Shown here: positions 1-13,417 of the stretch, piece after piece
How the letters are laid out: every line of letters starts with the position of its first letter
How positions within the stretch are numbered: position 1 is the first letter of the stretch
Notes under the pieces: model-generated
Database searches by the model: none
Told to the model about the DNA's origin: nothing
The model's input: only the letters and a program-made list of their open reading frames with translations
Translations under genes and position numbers: made by a program
Source: Gammaproteobacteria bacterium
GTDB lineage: Bacteria; Pseudomonadota; Gammaproteobacteria; Poriferisulfidales; Poriferisulfidaceae
Assembly (NCBI GenBank): GCA_026706895.1
Contig: JAPOXW010000020.1
Coordinates: forward strand, 57,329-121,328
Reading direction: 5' to 3'
Length of the DNA: 64,000 nt

Positions 1-77
1 TGCGAAAACCTAAAATTCAGTCTTTGCTCTAATCCATACGCTATACTTTCCGCGCCTATTAGCCAAACGGTTTTCTA

Positions 78-2003
78 GTGCCTGTCGTAACTCTTCCTGA
101 CGGTTCCACCCGCGAGTTTGCACAGCCGGTCACGGTGATGCAGATCGCTGAAGACATTGGGTCGGGCCTTGCCAAGGCGGCATTGGCCGGCCGGGTCAAC
201 GGGCGGCTGGTGGATGCCTGCGTTGAGGTGGACGAGGACGCCGATGTTTCCATCATCACTAATCGCGACGAAGAGGGCATCGAGATCCTGCGCCACTCGC
301 TGGCGCACATGCTGGGACAGGCGGTCAAGCAGTTGTATCCGGATGCCCAGATGGCGGTGGGTCCGGTGATCAAGGACGGGTTTTACTACGACATCGCCCG
401 TGATGAGTCCTTCACCGAGGAAGATCTTGAAAAAATCGAGGCCAAGGTACAGGAGTTGGTTGCGCAAGATTACGATGTGCTACGAGAAGTGGTGACCCGC
501 GAGCGGGCTCGTGAAGTATTCGAAGGACGCGGCGAAACCTACAAGGTTCAGATCGTCGACGAGATTCCGGAAGGCGAGGAAATTGCGCTGTACCACCACC
601 AGGAATACGTCGACATGTGCCGCGGCCCGCATGTCCCGAACACCCGCCACCTGCGGGCGTTCAAGCTGACCAAGCTGGCGGGCGCCTACTGGCGGGGCGA
701 CTCCCGCAACGAGATGCTGCAGCGCATCTACGGCACCGCCTGGCCGGACGCCAAGCAGCTCAAAGCCTACCTCCACCGGCTGGAGGAAGCGCAGAAGCGC
801 GATCACCGCAAGTTGGGGCGCGCGATGAACCTGTTCCATTTCCAGGAGGAAGCGCCGGGCATGGTGTTCTGGCATGCCAACGGCTGGATCCTGTATCGCC
901 AGTTGGAAAGTTACATTCGCGAACGGTTGGACCAAGCGGGCTATCAGGAAGTGCATACGCCGCAGATCCTGGACCGCAGTCTGTGGGAGCGATCCGGGCA
1001 CTGGGACAAGTTTGGCGAAATGATCTTCACTACCGAATCCGAGAACCGCGAGTACGCGGTCAAGCCGATGAACTGCCCGGGGCACGTCCAGTTGTTCAAC
1101 CAGGGGCTCAAGAGCTACCGGGACTTGCCATTGCGCATGGCCGAATTCGGCACTGTGCATCGCAACGAGCCGTCCGGCACCCTGCACGGGCTGATGCGGG
1201 CGCGCCGCTTCGTGCAGGACGATGCGCACATCTTCTGCACACCGGAGCAGTTGCAGGACGAGATTGCCGAACTGATCGAACTGACGCGCTCGACTTACCG
1301 AGACTTCGGATTCGAAGACATCATATTGGGCCTGTCGACTCGCCCGGATCGGAGGATCGGCGAGGATGCCCTGTGGGATCGGGCCGAGAAGGCACTGGAT
1401 GAGGCGATGACCGCCACCGGCTTGGAATTCGCCGTGCATCCGGGCGAAGGCGCGTTCTACGGGCCTAAAATCGAATTCACCCTGACCGACTGCATCGGGC
1501 GCGAGTGGCAGTGCGGCACGATCCAGCTGGATTTCTCCATGCCGGACCGGCTCGGTGCCCGGTACGTGGACGAGAACAGCGAGAAAGTGGTCCCGGTCAT
1601 GATCCACCGTGCCATCTTCGGCTCACTGGAACGATTCATCGGCATCCTGGTCGAACACTACGCCGGGGACCTGCCGCTGTGGTTGGCGCCTTGCCAGGCG
1701 GTGGTACTGAACATCACCGACGCCCAGGCCGACTATGCTGGAGAGGTGGTAGCGCGGTTGGAGGCGGCCGGAGTGCGGGTGCACAGCGACCTGAGGAACG
1801 AGAAAATCTCCTTTAAAATACGCGAGCACACGCTCGCGCATGTCCCATACCTGTTGGTGGTGGGCAACCGGGAGCAGGAAAACCAGGAAGTCGCAGTGCG
1901 TGCGCGGGATGGCGCGGACCTCGGCCCGGTGCCGCTGGATGAACTGGCGGAACGGTTTGCTGTTACAATTCGCGCTCGCCGATTAAATCTGATGGAGGAT
2001 TGA
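78..2003 (+). CDS. thrS: threonine--tRNA ligase
   Basis: 641 aa, GTG start; N-terminus [10 protein letters not shown]... and full-length match to the ThrS architecture; followed by infC-rpmI-rplT as in the canonical operon. Confidence 0.95.
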   Translation: MPVVTLPDGSTREFAQPVTVMQIAEDIGSGLAKAALAGRVNGRLVDACVEVDEDADVSIITNRDEEGIEILRHSLAHMLGQAVKQLYPDAQMAVGPVIKDGFYYDIARDESFTEEDLEKIEAKVQELVAQDYDVLREVVTRERAREVFEGRGETYKVQIVDEIPEGEEIALYHHQEYVDMCRGPHVPNTRHLRAFKLTKLAGAYWRGDSRNEMLQRIYGTAWPDAKQLKAYLHRLEEAQKRDHRKLGRAMNLFHFQEEAPGMVFWHANGWILYRQLESYIRERLDQAGYQEVHTPQILDRSLWERSGHWDKFGEMIFTTESENREYAVKPMNCPGHVQLFNQGLKSYRDLPLRMAEFGTVHRNEPSGTLHGLMRARRFVQDDAHIFCTPEQLQDEIAELIELTRSTYRDFGFEDIILGLSTRPDRRIGEDALWDRAEKALDEAMTATGLEFAVHPGEGAFYGPKIEFTLTDCIGREWQCGTIQLDFSMPDRLGARYVDENSEKVVPVMIHRAIFGSLERFIGILVEHYAGDLPLWLAPCQAVVLNITDAQADYAGEVVARLEAAGVRVHSDLRNEKISFKIREHTLAHVPYLLVVGNREQENQEVAVRARDGADLGPVPLDELAERFAVTIRARRLNLMED

Positions 2004-2524
2004 GTATCAGCGCAGAGAAAGAGATTCGCCTCAACGAGGACATCAGCGTACCGCGTGTGCGGCTGATTGACGAAGGCGGCACCAACCGAGGAGTCATGGG
2101 TCTTCGAGAGGCCCGGCAACTGGCCACCGATGCCGACATGGACCTGGTCGAGATTTCCCCCAACACCGAGCCTCCCGTTTGCAAGGTCATGGATTACGGG
2201 AAGTTCTGTTTCGAGCGAAAGAAGAAGGCTCAGCAGGCCCGCAAGAAGCAGAAGCAGATCCAGATCAAGGAAGTCAAGTTCCGGCCCGGCACCGAAGAAG
2301 GTGACTATCAGGTCAAGCTGCGAAACCTGAAACGGTTCCTGGGCGATGGAGACAAGACCAAGGTGACGATTCGCTTTCGCGGCCGGGAACTGCACCACCG
2401 CGAACTGGGGGAGCAGAAGCTGAGCCGAATCGAGGAAGATCTCCAGGAATACGGCGAAATCGAGCAACATCCGAAAATGGAAGGCCGCCAGATGGTCATG
2501 GTGGTCGCCCCTCGCCGCCGCTAA
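2000..2524 (+). CDS. infC: translation initiation factor IF-3
   Basis: conserved IF-3 core (VRLIDEGG...[19 protein letters not shown]...[14 protein letters not shown]). No ATG start: candidates are TTG at 2000 (overlaps thrS stop) or in-frame ATT at 1982. Confidence 0.9.
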   Translation: MSISAEKEIRLNEDISVPRVRLIDEGGTNRGVMGLREARQLATDADMDLVEISPNTEPPVCKVMDYGKFCFERKKKAQQARKKQKQIQIKEVKFRPGTEEGDYQVKLRNLKRFLGDGDKTKVTIRFRGRELHHRELGEQKLSRIEEDLQEYGEIEQHPKMEGRQMVMVVAPRRR

Positions 2525-2548
2525 TCTGCCACAGACTCACCAACGATC

Positions 2549-2746
2549 ATGCCTAAACTCAAGACCAACCGGGGTGCTGCCAAGCGGTTCCGCAAGACGG
2601 CCAGCGGCAGGTTCAAGTGCCGCCAGTCGCACCGCAACCACATCCTGACCACGAAGAGCACCAAGCGCAAGCGCGCCCTGCGCTCTCCAGACCATCTCGA
2701 ATCCTCGGATGCCGCCTTGGCACGGCGGCTGTTGCCCTACGCCTGA
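2549..2746 (+). CDS. rpmI: 50S ribosomal protein L35
   Basis: 65 aa, [20 protein letters not shown]... typical L35. Confidence 0.9.
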   Translation: MPKLKTNRGAAKRFRKTASGRFKCRQSHRNHILTTKSTKRKRALRSPDHLESSDAALARRLLPYA

Positions 2747-2752
2747 CCGGTC

Positions 2753-3118
2753 ATGGCCCGAGTCAAACGCGGCGTCACCACGCATGCCCGCCACCGCAAG
2801 GTGCGGCGGCAGGCGCGCGGCTACTACGGCGCGCGCAGCCGGACGTTTCGTTCCGCCAACCAGGCGGTGATTCGTGCAGGGCAGTATGCGTACCGTGACC
2901 GCCGCACGCGCAAGCAGGACTTCCGCCGTCTGTGGATCGTGCGCATCAACGCGGCGGCCCGGATGTGCGGCCTGTCGTACAGTCGCTTGATGCACGGCCT
3001 GGCCCAGGCGGAGATCGAGATCGACCGCAAGATGCTGGCAGACCTCGCGATGAACGAGTTCGACACGTTTGCGCAACTGGCGGATCAGGCCAAGGCCCGG
3101 TTGTCCGCAAGTTCCTGA
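2753..3118 (+). CDS. rplT: 50S ribosomal protein L20
   Basis: 121 aa, [17 protein letters not shown]... typical L20. Confidence 0.95.
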   Translation: MARVKRGVTTHARHRKVRRQARGYYGARSRTFRSANQAVIRAGQYAYRDRRTRKQDFRRLWIVRINAAARMCGLSYSRLMHGLAQAEIEIDRKMLADLAMNEFDTFAQLADQAKARLSASS

Positions 3119-6158
<3,040 letters not shown>

Positions 6159-6174
<16 letters not shown>

Positions 6175-6452
6175 CCAAAACCGACCTGGCTGCCCGCTTG
6201 GTCGATCAGATTGGCCTCAACCGGGCAGAGTCCCGCGAGTTGGTGGATGCCTTATTGAACGAGATCAGCACAGCACTCTGTGCAGGCGAGGACGTCCGCT
6301 TGTGGGGCTTCGGCAATTTCATCCTGCGCGACAAGGCGGCGAGGCCCGGCCGCAACCCGCGTAACGGCGAGGAGACGGTCATTGTCCCTCGGCGCGTGGT
6401 GACCTTCCGCCCCGGACAGAAATTGCGCAAGAAAGTCGAAGGCCATGAATGA
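6159..6452 (+). CDS. ihfA: integration host factor alpha subunit
   Basis: MGKTLTKTDLAARLVDQIGLNRAESRELVDALL...GRNPRNGEE...; canonical position after pheT. Confidence 0.9.
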
Positions 6453-6792
6453 GAATGGAAGAGAGGATCAGGCCGTCCTGCCAAACAAGCGATATTTCAC
6501 GATAGGAGAAGTCAGCAATTTATGCCAGGTTAAGGATCATGTGTTGCGGTACTGGGAGAAGGAGATCCCGGCACTGAATCCAAAACGCCGGCGCGGACGG
6601 CGGTACTATCAACGTGAAGACGTATACCTGATTCGGGAGATTCAGGCCTTGATGCAGGAAGGATACACACTGGAGGGTGCCCGGCAGAAACTCCAGGGAC
6701 GGTCTTCGGTTCCGCAGGACACGCCGCAGACCCAGGCCATACGGCAGGCAGTGGCGGAACTCGAGAAAGTCGTCGAAGTGCTCAAGGAGTAG
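6445..6792 (+). CDS. MerR-family HTH transcriptional regulator
   Basis: 115 aa, YFTIGEVSNLCQVKDHVLRYWEKEIP... MerR-type HTH; conserved small regulator downstream of ihfA. Confidence 0.7.
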   Translation: MNENGREDQAVLPNKRYFTIGEVSNLCQVKDHVLRYWEKEIPALNPKRRRGRRYYQREDVYLIREIQALMQEGYTLEGARQKLQGRSSVPQDTPQTQAIRQAVAELEKVVEVLKE

Positions 6793-6845
6793 GAGTGACG
6801 AAAAGGTTGGGCGGGAGAAAGATCCCGCGGCGTTCGGATACGGGA

Positions 6846-6922
<77 letters not shown>

Positions 6923-6955
6923 GTCCCGCCGTGGAAACCCGAGTTCAGCCTGACC

Positions 6956-7744
6956 ATGGCCTGGGACCTGGAGCTGATTCTGGTGGTGGCGACTGCCGCC
7001 ACGGGCCTGATCTACTACGGCCATTTCTTCTGGTACCGCCTGCGCCGTCAGGCACCGCCGATCCACCGGCCCTGGTTCGCCGAGTGGTCGCATGCGCTGT
7101 TCCCGGTATTGCTGCTGGTGCTGGTGCTGCGAACGTTCGCGATTGAACCGTTCCGAATCCCCTCCGGCTCCATGATCCCGACGCTGCTGGTCGGCGACCT
7201 GGTCCTGGTCAACAAGTACAGCTATGGCCTCAGGCTTCCGGTGTTGCACACCCGCATCCTGGAGGTGGGCAAGCCTGAACGGGGCGATGTGGTGGTATTC
7301 CGCTATCCGAAGAACCCGAACCAGGACTACATCAAGCGGGTGATGGGGCTTCCGGGGGACGAAGTGGCCTATGTCGGGAAGCGCCTGATGGTGAACGGGG
7401 AGGTCTATCCCCTGACGGAGGCGCGCCCGTTCCTGGATGCGATCACCGGTCTTCCGTACCCGTATCGCACGCAGTACACGGAAAGCATCAGCGGGCGCCA
7501 GCATGAAATCCTTCACGATGCCCTGTCCAAGAGTGTCCCCGAAAACTTCACGGTGCCGCCGGGCCACTACCTGGTGATGGGTGACAACCGTGACAGTAGC
7601 CGCGACAGCCGGGACTGGGGGTACGTCCCAGAGGGCCATTTGGTGGGCCGGGCCTTTCTGATCTGGATGAATTACGAGCTCCTGCTGCCGTCGCTGACCA
7701 ACCCGGAGGTTTCGCTGCTTTCCCGCCTCGGCAAGATCGAGTGA
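6956..7744 (+). CDS. lepB: signal peptidase I
   Basis: N-terminal TM segments plus catalytic SGSMIPTLLVGDLVLVNK box and GDNRDSSRDSRDWGYVP. Confidence 0.85.
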   Translation: MAWDLELILVVATAATGLIYYGHFFWYRLRRQAPPIHRPWFAEWSHALFPVLLLVLVLRTFAIEPFRIPSGSMIPTLLVGDLVLVNKYSYGLRLPVLHTRILEVGKPERGDVVVFRYPKNPNQDYIKRVMGLPGDEVAYVGKRLMVNGEVYPLTEARPFLDAITGLPYPYRTQYTESISGRQHEILHDALSKSVPENFTVPPGHYLVMGDNRDSSRDSRDWGYVPEGHLVGRAFLIWMNYELLLPSLTNPEVSLLSRLGKIE

Positions 7745-7752
7745 ATCGCTGA

Positions 7753-8430
7753 ATGGCGAAGATCGAGAACTGGTTGCCGAAGGCGGTTCTGGACAGCCCC
7801 GAATACCGGACCGCCCGCACGCACCGCAGCGCCGGCTCGCCGCACAATGAACGACAGGAATTCCTGGGCGACGCACTGCTCGGCCTGGTGATTTCGGATC
7901 TCCTGTGCCAGCGCTTCCCGGATGTTCCGGAAGGAGACCTGAGCCGCCTGCGTGCGCACCTGGTCTGTGGCACCATGCTGGCGAAACTGGCGGAATCGGC
8001 CGAAATGGACCAGTTGCTGATCGCGGAGGCGTCGAGTGCGGCCCGGCCGCGCGCCCGCCGCGTCATGGCGGGAAATGCGCTGGAAGCGGTGATCGCGGCG
8101 GTCTACCAGGTGTGCGGATTCGAGGAAGTGCGCACCTTCATTCTCCGCCTGTACGATCAGGCCCTAGAAGAGTTGCCGCCCTTGGAGTCCCTGCGCAGCG
8201 CCAAGACCGAGTTGCAGGAATTGCTGCAGGCGAGGGGCCGAGAGCGTGCCCGCTATACGCTGCTTGAAGAACGACCGAAGCATTCGCCGCGCTTTGAGGT
8301 GCTGTGCGAAGTGAAGGATCCGAAGGTGCAGACTCGGGGCACTGGCAACCGCATCCGTGAGGCGGAGCAGAATGCGGCGGCGGCCGCGATCGCCGACATC
8401 CAGCGCAAGCGGCCCAAATGGACATCGTGA
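7753..8430 (+). CDS. rnc: ribonuclease III
   Basis: ERQEFLGDALLGLVISDLL RNase III signature plus C-terminal dsRBD. Confidence 0.9.
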   Translation: MAKIENWLPKAVLDSPEYRTARTHRSAGSPHNERQEFLGDALLGLVISDLLCQRFPDVPEGDLSRLRAHLVCGTMLAKLAESAEMDQLLIAEASSAARPRARRVMAGNALEAVIAAVYQVCGFEEVRTFILRLYDQALEELPPLESLRSAKTELQELLQARGRERARYTLLEERPKHSPRFEVLCEVKDPKVQTRGTGNRIREAEQNAAAAAIADIQRKRPKWTS

Positions 8431-9308
8431 CCCGCTGTGGGTTCGTGGCACTTTGCGGCAAGCCGAACGTCGGCAAGTCGACGTTGTTCAACCGTCTGCT
8501 GGAGAAGCCGCTGTCTGCCGCCACCGGCAAGCCGCAGACTACCCGGCACAACATCAAGGGCATTCTGACCGAGCAGGGCAACCAGTTCGTTTTCGTGGAC
8601 ACGCCCGGCATCCATTCCGGGCGGGTTCGGGCGCTTTCTCAATTGCTCAACGCCAACGCCAGCGAAGCCATGAGCCAGGTGGACGTGGCGGTGATGGTGG
8701 TGGAGGTCGGGGTATGGAACGCACGCGACGAAAAGGTGCTGAGTGAATTGCGCGACGCGAAGATCCCGGTCATGCTGTGCGCCAACAAGATCGACCGCAT
8801 GCCTGACCAGGCATTGATCCTGCCGTATTTTGCCCAGTTGGCGGAGCACGAGTTTCTTGAGTACATCCCGGTCAGCGCGCGAACCGGGGAAGGTTGCACG
8901 GTTCTCAAGGAGAACCTGGCGAAGCATGTCCCGGAGCGGGAGCATTTGTTCGAAGCAGACGCGCTGACGGACCGGCATGAACGTTTCTTCGCGGAGGAAT
9001 TGATTCGGGAACAGTTGCTGATTCAGCTGGACAAGGAATTGCCCTACGTCATGCATGTCCAAGTGACCGGCTTTCAGAACCAGGAAGAGCGCGTGCACAT
9101 CTCTGCGCAGATCCTGGTGGAGCGAGAATCGCAGCGCAAGATCCTGCTTGGCCGCAACGGCACACGCATCAGTGCCATCGGGCGTGCAGCACGGCTGCGC
9201 ATGGCCGGGCTCCTGGATCAACCGGTGGTCCTGAAACTGCACGTCAAGGTGCAGCCGAACTGGCAGCGGGACCCGAATATCCTGGCCAGCTATCGCGGAG
9301 GCGTGTAA
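8418..9308 (+). CDS. era: GTPase Era
   Basis: GKPNVGKSTLFNRLL P-loop, DTPGIH, C-terminal KH domain; rnc-era-recO order. Confidence 0.95.
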   Translation: MDIVTRCGFVALCGKPNVGKSTLFNRLLEKPLSAATGKPQTTRHNIKGILTEQGNQFVFVDTPGIHSGRVRALSQLLNANASEAMSQVDVAVMVVEVGVWNARDEKVLSELRDAKIPVMLCANKIDRMPDQALILPYFAQLAEHEFLEYIPVSARTGEGCTVLKENLAKHVPEREHLFEADALTDRHERFFAEELIREQLLIQLDKELPYVMHVQVTGFQNQEERVHISAQILVERESQRKILLGRNGTRISAIGRAARLRMAGLLDQPVVLKLHVKVQPNWQRDPNILASYRGGV

Positions 9309-10003
9309 TGCGGCAGGATGAACTGGTCGCAGCGTACGTGATCCAGGCGCGTCCTTGGCGCGAGACCAGCTTGCTTTACAAGGTGGTCGCACAGGACCAT
9401 GGGCGGGTCAGCCTGATCCATCGCGGGGCACGCAACAACCGCCGTGACCGGCCGCTGCCGACATTGACCCCGGTACGGGTGTCCTGGGGCGGGCGCGGCA
9501 GCTTGTACACCCTGCACCACGCCGAGGTCGCCGGCCCGATGACGGTGAAAGACCCGAAGCGGCAGGTCTACGCCCTGTACGTCAACGAGATCGTCAGCTA
9601 CCTGCTGCCGGACGACCGCTATTCGGACGAGATCTATCCGCTGTACCACGAGGCACTGGCTCATCTGGACACTGCCGCGGACCCTGAATTCGTGCTTCGC
9701 GGAATCGAGATGGACTTGTTGCACTTGGCCGGTCACCCGCTGCAACTGGATCGCACCGAACAGGGGAAGGTCGAACCGGGGCGGCAATATCGTTATCACC
9801 CGGGCGCCGGGCCCACGGAGCTTCCGGAGGGAAGCGAGGCGGATGGGGTCAGCGGTCAGACCCTGCTGACTCTCCAGACCCGACAGGAAATGGACGAGCA
9901 AACGCGGCGCGAGGCGCGCCGCCTGATGCGGCAGGTGTTGGACTACTACACGGCCCCGAACGTGATTCGGTCGCGGGGCATTATGCAAGCCCTGACGGGC
10001 TGA
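9308..10003 (+). CDS. recO: DNA repair protein RecO
   Basis: 231 aa; N-terminus AYVIQARPWRETSLLYKVV... typical RecO OB fold; synteny after era. Confidence 0.85.
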   Translation: MRQDELVAAYVIQARPWRETSLLYKVVAQDHGRVSLIHRGARNNRRDRPLPTLTPVRVSWGGRGSLYTLHHAEVAGPMTVKDPKRQVYALYVNEIVSYLLPDDRYSDEIYPLYHEALAHLDTAADPEFVLRGIEMDLLHLAGHPLQLDRTEQGKVEPGRQYRYHPGAGPTELPEGSEADGVSGQTLLTLQTRQEMDEQTRREARRLMRQVLDYYTAPNVIRSRGIMQALTG

Positions 10004-10033
10004 TCCCTGTAACGCCGCCGATTTGAAGAGGGG

Positions 10034-10891
10034 TTAAGGCAAGCGGTCTTCGGGTTCCGGCGGTTGTCCCCCGTCCCTACGCAAGATGCGCAATGCCGCT
10101 TCGATATCAGCCTCGGCTGCGCCCGCAGCGAAGAATGATGCCGTCTTCATCGCGGAGACCTTTTCGGCGACTGCCATGACGACGAACTGGTTGATGCTCG
10201 TACCTTCCTCCTTGCAAACCTTGGCGACCGCCGACTCCAGGGATGCTGGCCACTTCAAGGAGAAAGCGCTGGCACGGTCGGACTTGCTGGTCGCAGGGTC
10301 CGAGTGGTTGGGGATGTGTTGATTGTCGCGGCAGTACTGCCACAGGTAAGCATCAACTTGTTGCCGAGTGAGTTCATGCTCCCGGCTCAGAAACGTGACC
10401 ATCTCTTCCACGGTTGCGGAACACGCGGCGGCGCATTGCTTCATCCAAGTGTCAGGCTTCTCCGTGTCTTCAAGACCGATGGCCGTTGCCAGGTGTCGGC
10501 TCGTGGCGGGTCCCATATAGGGAAGTTCCGTAAGCACAACCCTGCCGTCCTTGCGCATCCGTTGCTTGAAAGCCTCCCATCCTTCCGCGTGAATCAGTTT
10601 GCACCCCTTGAGGAAAGCATCCGCCTTCCGCTGATTGCGGATCGGCAACGTCTTAGCGTCGATTGACTCCATGGCCACGATCCTGTCCAGGTCGAGGTTG
10701 TGGAATTTCTTGACGATGGTGTCGAAGTGCTCCTCGACGACTGAATTTCGAAAACCTGAGACAAAGATGACATGGAGGTAATTCTCGAGAAATCCTTTCA
10801 GATCGAGATCGTTGAAATTCCATGGCTCCCACGGGTTGCCAACATATGCCCGTGCGGTTTCCAGCATCCGTGTTGCCTTGTTCTTGTCCAT
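10034..10891 (-). CDS. hypothetical protein: N-terminal domain weakly Tag-like (3-methyladenine glycosylase I-like HhH) fused to a C-terminal ribbon-helix-helix (HicB/CopG-like antitoxin-type) tail
   Basis: 285 aa on the opposite strand, inserted between recO and pdxJ. C-terminal LKWPASLESAVAKVCKEEGTSINQFVVMAVAEKV...EADIEAALRIL..PPEPEDRL matches the RHH antitoxin pattern; the N-terminal assignment is tentative. Confidence 0.5.
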   Translation of the reverse strand: MDKNKATRMLETARAYVGNPWEPWNFNDLDLKGFLENYLHVIFVSGFRNSVVEEHFDTIVKKFHNLDLDRIVAMESIDAKTLPIRNQRKADAFLKGCKLIHAEGWEAFKQRMRKDGRVVLTELPYMGPATSRHLATAIGLEDTEKPDTWMKQCAAACSATVEEMVTFLSREHELTRQQVDAYLWQYCRDNQHIPNHSDPATSKSDRASAFSLKWPASLESAVAKVCKEEGTSINQFVVMAVAEKVSAMKTASFFAAGAAEADIEAALRILRRDGGQPPEPEDRLP

Positions 10892-11000
10892 TTGTCATTG
10901 CCGTTTGCGGGCTATTCTAATCAAAGTGCTGCCTGATGTTGTTGAGTTCGGAAAGCCATTAGTGGTACAGTGTTAGCAGCAAAAACTATTCCGCAGTAAC

Positions 11001-11723
11001 GTGACGAATGTACGACTAGGCGTGAATATTGACCACATAGCGACCCTGCGCCAGCAGCGCCACACCGACTACCCGGACCTGAGCGAGGCGATCCGCCGAG
11101 TGGAAGCGGCCGGGGCGGACGGCATCACCATGCACCTGCGCGAAGATCGGCGGCACATTCAGTTGGAGGACGTGGAGCAGGCGCGCCGGGAAGTGAGCGG
11201 GACCCTGAACCTTGAGATGGCCGCAACCGAAGAAATGTTGGACATCGCGGAGCGCATTCGCCCGGACTACTGCTGCCTGGTGCCGGAGCGGCGCGAGGAA
11301 CTCACCACCGAAGGCGGGCTGGACGTCGTGGCGGGCGCAGACCGGATCCGGGAGGCATGCACTCGGCTGAAGGCGGCGGGCATTCAGGTTTCGCTGTTCG
11401 TCGAACCGACGCACGAAGTGATGGATGCAGCGGTCGAACTGGGTGCGTCGATCGTGGAGTTGCACACCGGTCCCTACGCCAACGCGACGGAACCGGAAGC
11501 CCACGAGGCGGAGCTGGAACGGCTGGTTTCCACCACGCAGTATGCGCGTGAACGGTTGACGGTCAACGCCGGACACGGCTTGCATCGCGACAACGTGGGC
11601 TCGGTGGCTTCGATCCCGGGAATGAACGAACTTAACATCGGTCACGCCATCGTTTGCCGGGCGGTGATGGTGGGATTGGAAGCAGCCGTGCGCGAGGTGC
11701 GCGAAGCCATGGAGACGCCATGA
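11001..11723 (+). CDS. pdxJ: pyridoxine 5'-phosphate synthase
   Basis: GTG start; [19 protein letters not shown]...[13 protein letters not shown] typical PdxJ. Confidence 0.9.
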   Translation: MTNVRLGVNIDHIATLRQQRHTDYPDLSEAIRRVEAAGADGITMHLREDRRHIQLEDVEQARREVSGTLNLEMAATEEMLDIAERIRPDYCCLVPERREELTTEGGLDVVAGADRIREACTRLKAAGIQVSLFVEPTHEVMDAAVELGASIVELHTGPYANATEPEAHEAELERLVSTTQYARERLTVNAGHGLHRDNVGSVASIPGMNELNIGHAIVCRAVMVGLEAAVREVREAMETP

Positions 11724-12613
11724 GGGAGTATCCGACCATCGAATCCAGCATCGGCAACACGTCGCTGGTTCGCCTGCAGCGCATGGCGCCCGAGGGAGTC
11801 ATGGTGTTGGCCAAGCTGGAAGGAGACAATCCGGCCGGCTCGGTCAAGGATCGCCCGGCCATCAACATGATCGAGGCCGCAGAGGAACGCGGAGACATTC
11901 GTCCGGGCGACACGCTGGTCGAGGCGACCAGCGGCAACACCGGGATTGCGCTGGCGCTGGCGGCGGCGATCCGCGGCTACCGGATGATCCTGATCATGCC
12001 GGAGAACATGAGCCTGGAACGGCGCCAGACCATGGCGGCGTACGGGGCTGAACTGATCCTGGTCACGCAGGAGGAAGGCATGGAGGGGGCCCGCGACCGG
12101 GCGCTGGAGATGAACCGTGCGGGCGAAGCGTTCATCCTGAACCAGTTCGACAACCCGGACAACTCGGATTCGCATTATCGGGGCACCGGGCCGGAGTTGT
12201 GGCGGGACACCGGGGGTGAACTGACGCATTTCATATCTTCCATGGGCACGACCGGGACCATCAGTGGGGCGGGGCGCTACCTGAAGGAGCAGAATCCCGA
12301 CATCGAGGTGATCGGCGTGGAGCCGGCGGACGGTTCCGCCATTCCGGGCATCCGTCGCTGGGCGGAGGGGTACGTCCCGAAGATCCTGGAGCGGGACGTG
12401 GTCGATCGGGAAATCGACGTTACGCGAGAAGACGCGGAAAACACCATGCGCGAACTGGCGAAGCGGGAAGGGATTTTCGCCGGGATCTCATCGGGCGGCT
12501 GCATGCACGTGGCTCTGCAGGTGGCGGCGGAAGTCGCGCCGGGGTCGGTGATTGCCGCTATCGTGTGCGATCGCGGAGACCGCTACCTGTCCTCGGGAGT
12601 CTATCCGTCATGA
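11720..12613 (+). CDS. cysM: cysteine synthase B-like (O-acetylserine sulfhydrylase)
   Basis: ATG 11720 overlaps pdxJ stop; [34 protein letters not shown]-fold motifs; ~298 aa and the QFDNPDN region resemble CysM. Confidence 0.8.
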   Translation: MREYPTIESSIGNTSLVRLQRMAPEGVMVLAKLEGDNPAGSVKDRPAINMIEAAEERGDIRPGDTLVEATSGNTGIALALAAAIRGYRMILIMPENMSLERRQTMAAYGAELILVTQEEGMEGARDRALEMNRAGEAFILNQFDNPDNSDSHYRGTGPELWRDTGGELTHFISSMGTTGTISGAGRYLKEQNPDIEVIGVEPADGSAIPGIRRWAEGYVPKILERDVVDREIDVTREDAENTMRELAKREGIFAGISSGGCMHVALQVAAEVAPGSVIAAIVCDRGDRYLSSGVYPS

Positions 12614-13413
12614 TCGGAGACGTGCTGGCCTTCGACATCGAGACCATTCCGGATGCGAAGCTGGGCCGGCGCCTTTACGATCTCTCAGACGATCTCCCCG
12701 ACGAGGACGTGGTGCGCGCCATGGAGCAGTTGCGCATGCAGAAGACTGGCGGGCACCTGTTTCAGCCGCTGTACCTGCAGAAAGTAGTCTGCATCTCGGT
12801 GGTGTACCACACGGAGTCGGTGTTGGTTGCGAAGTCCCTGGAGGATATCGACGCGGATGAACGCACAATCATCCGCAACTTCTTCGATGGCATCGAGCGG
12901 GCTGCCCCGCGGCTGGTCACCTGGAACGGCAACGGGTTCGACCTTGCGGTGCTGAACTACCGTGCCATGTATCACGGGATCTGCGCTGCGCGCTTCTGGG
13001 AGACGGGCGACAACGAGCGGGAATTCCGCTACAACAACTACATCAGCCGCTACCACGAACGGCACCTGGACCTGATGGACGTGCTGTCACGCTACAACCC
13101 GCGCGCCTCGGCCGGGCTCGACGACTTTTCCACCATGCTGGGCTTCCCCGGGAAGCCGGAGGGGATGTCAGGCGGCGAGGTGTGGCCGGCCTATCGGGAC
13201 GGGCGGCTGGCCGAGATCCGCGAGTACTGCGAAACCGACGCGATCAGCACCTACCTGGTGTTCCTGCGCTTCGAATTCCTGCGCGGCAACCTGCTGCGGG
13301 AGGAGTATGTCGAACTGTGCGACCAGCTGCAGTCCTACTTGGAGGAAGAGGACAAGGCCCACTTCCGTGATTTCCTGACGCGGTGGGATCGCGAGAACGA
13401 TCCGGTCGGCTAG
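12610..13413 (+). CDS. predicted 3'-5' exonuclease related to the PolB exonuclease domain (RNase H-like)
   Basis: ATG 12610 overlaps cysM stop; N-terminal LAFDIETIPD (exo I DxE) and later dispersed acidic motifs (YCETDAIST); resembles the COG3298-type standalone exonuclease. Confidence 0.55.
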   Translation: MIGDVLAFDIETIPDAKLGRRLYDLSDDLPDEDVVRAMEQLRMQKTGGHLFQPLYLQKVVCISVVYHTESVLVAKSLEDIDADERTIIRNFFDGIERAAPRLVTWNGNGFDLAVLNYRAMYHGICAARFWETGDNEREFRYNNYISRYHERHLDLMDVLSRYNPRASAGLDDFSTMLGFPGKPEGMSGGEVWPAYRDGRLAEIREYCETDAISTYLVFLRFEFLRGNLLREEYVELCDQLQSYLEEEDKAHFRDFLTRWDRENDPVG

Positions 13414-13417
13414 GCCG

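Noticed and set aside
480-1607. 375-aa ORF antisense to thrS, plus many similar long ORFs on the opposite strand of thrS, pheS/pheT, dnaE, bamA, glnD and others (e.g. 2537-4327, 4669-5658, 15754-16677, 41529-44831)
   Set aside because: High GC suppresses stop codons in non-coding frames. These ORFs give Arg/Pro/Ala/Gly-rich low-complexity translations and fully overlap confidently identified genes, with no independent signals.
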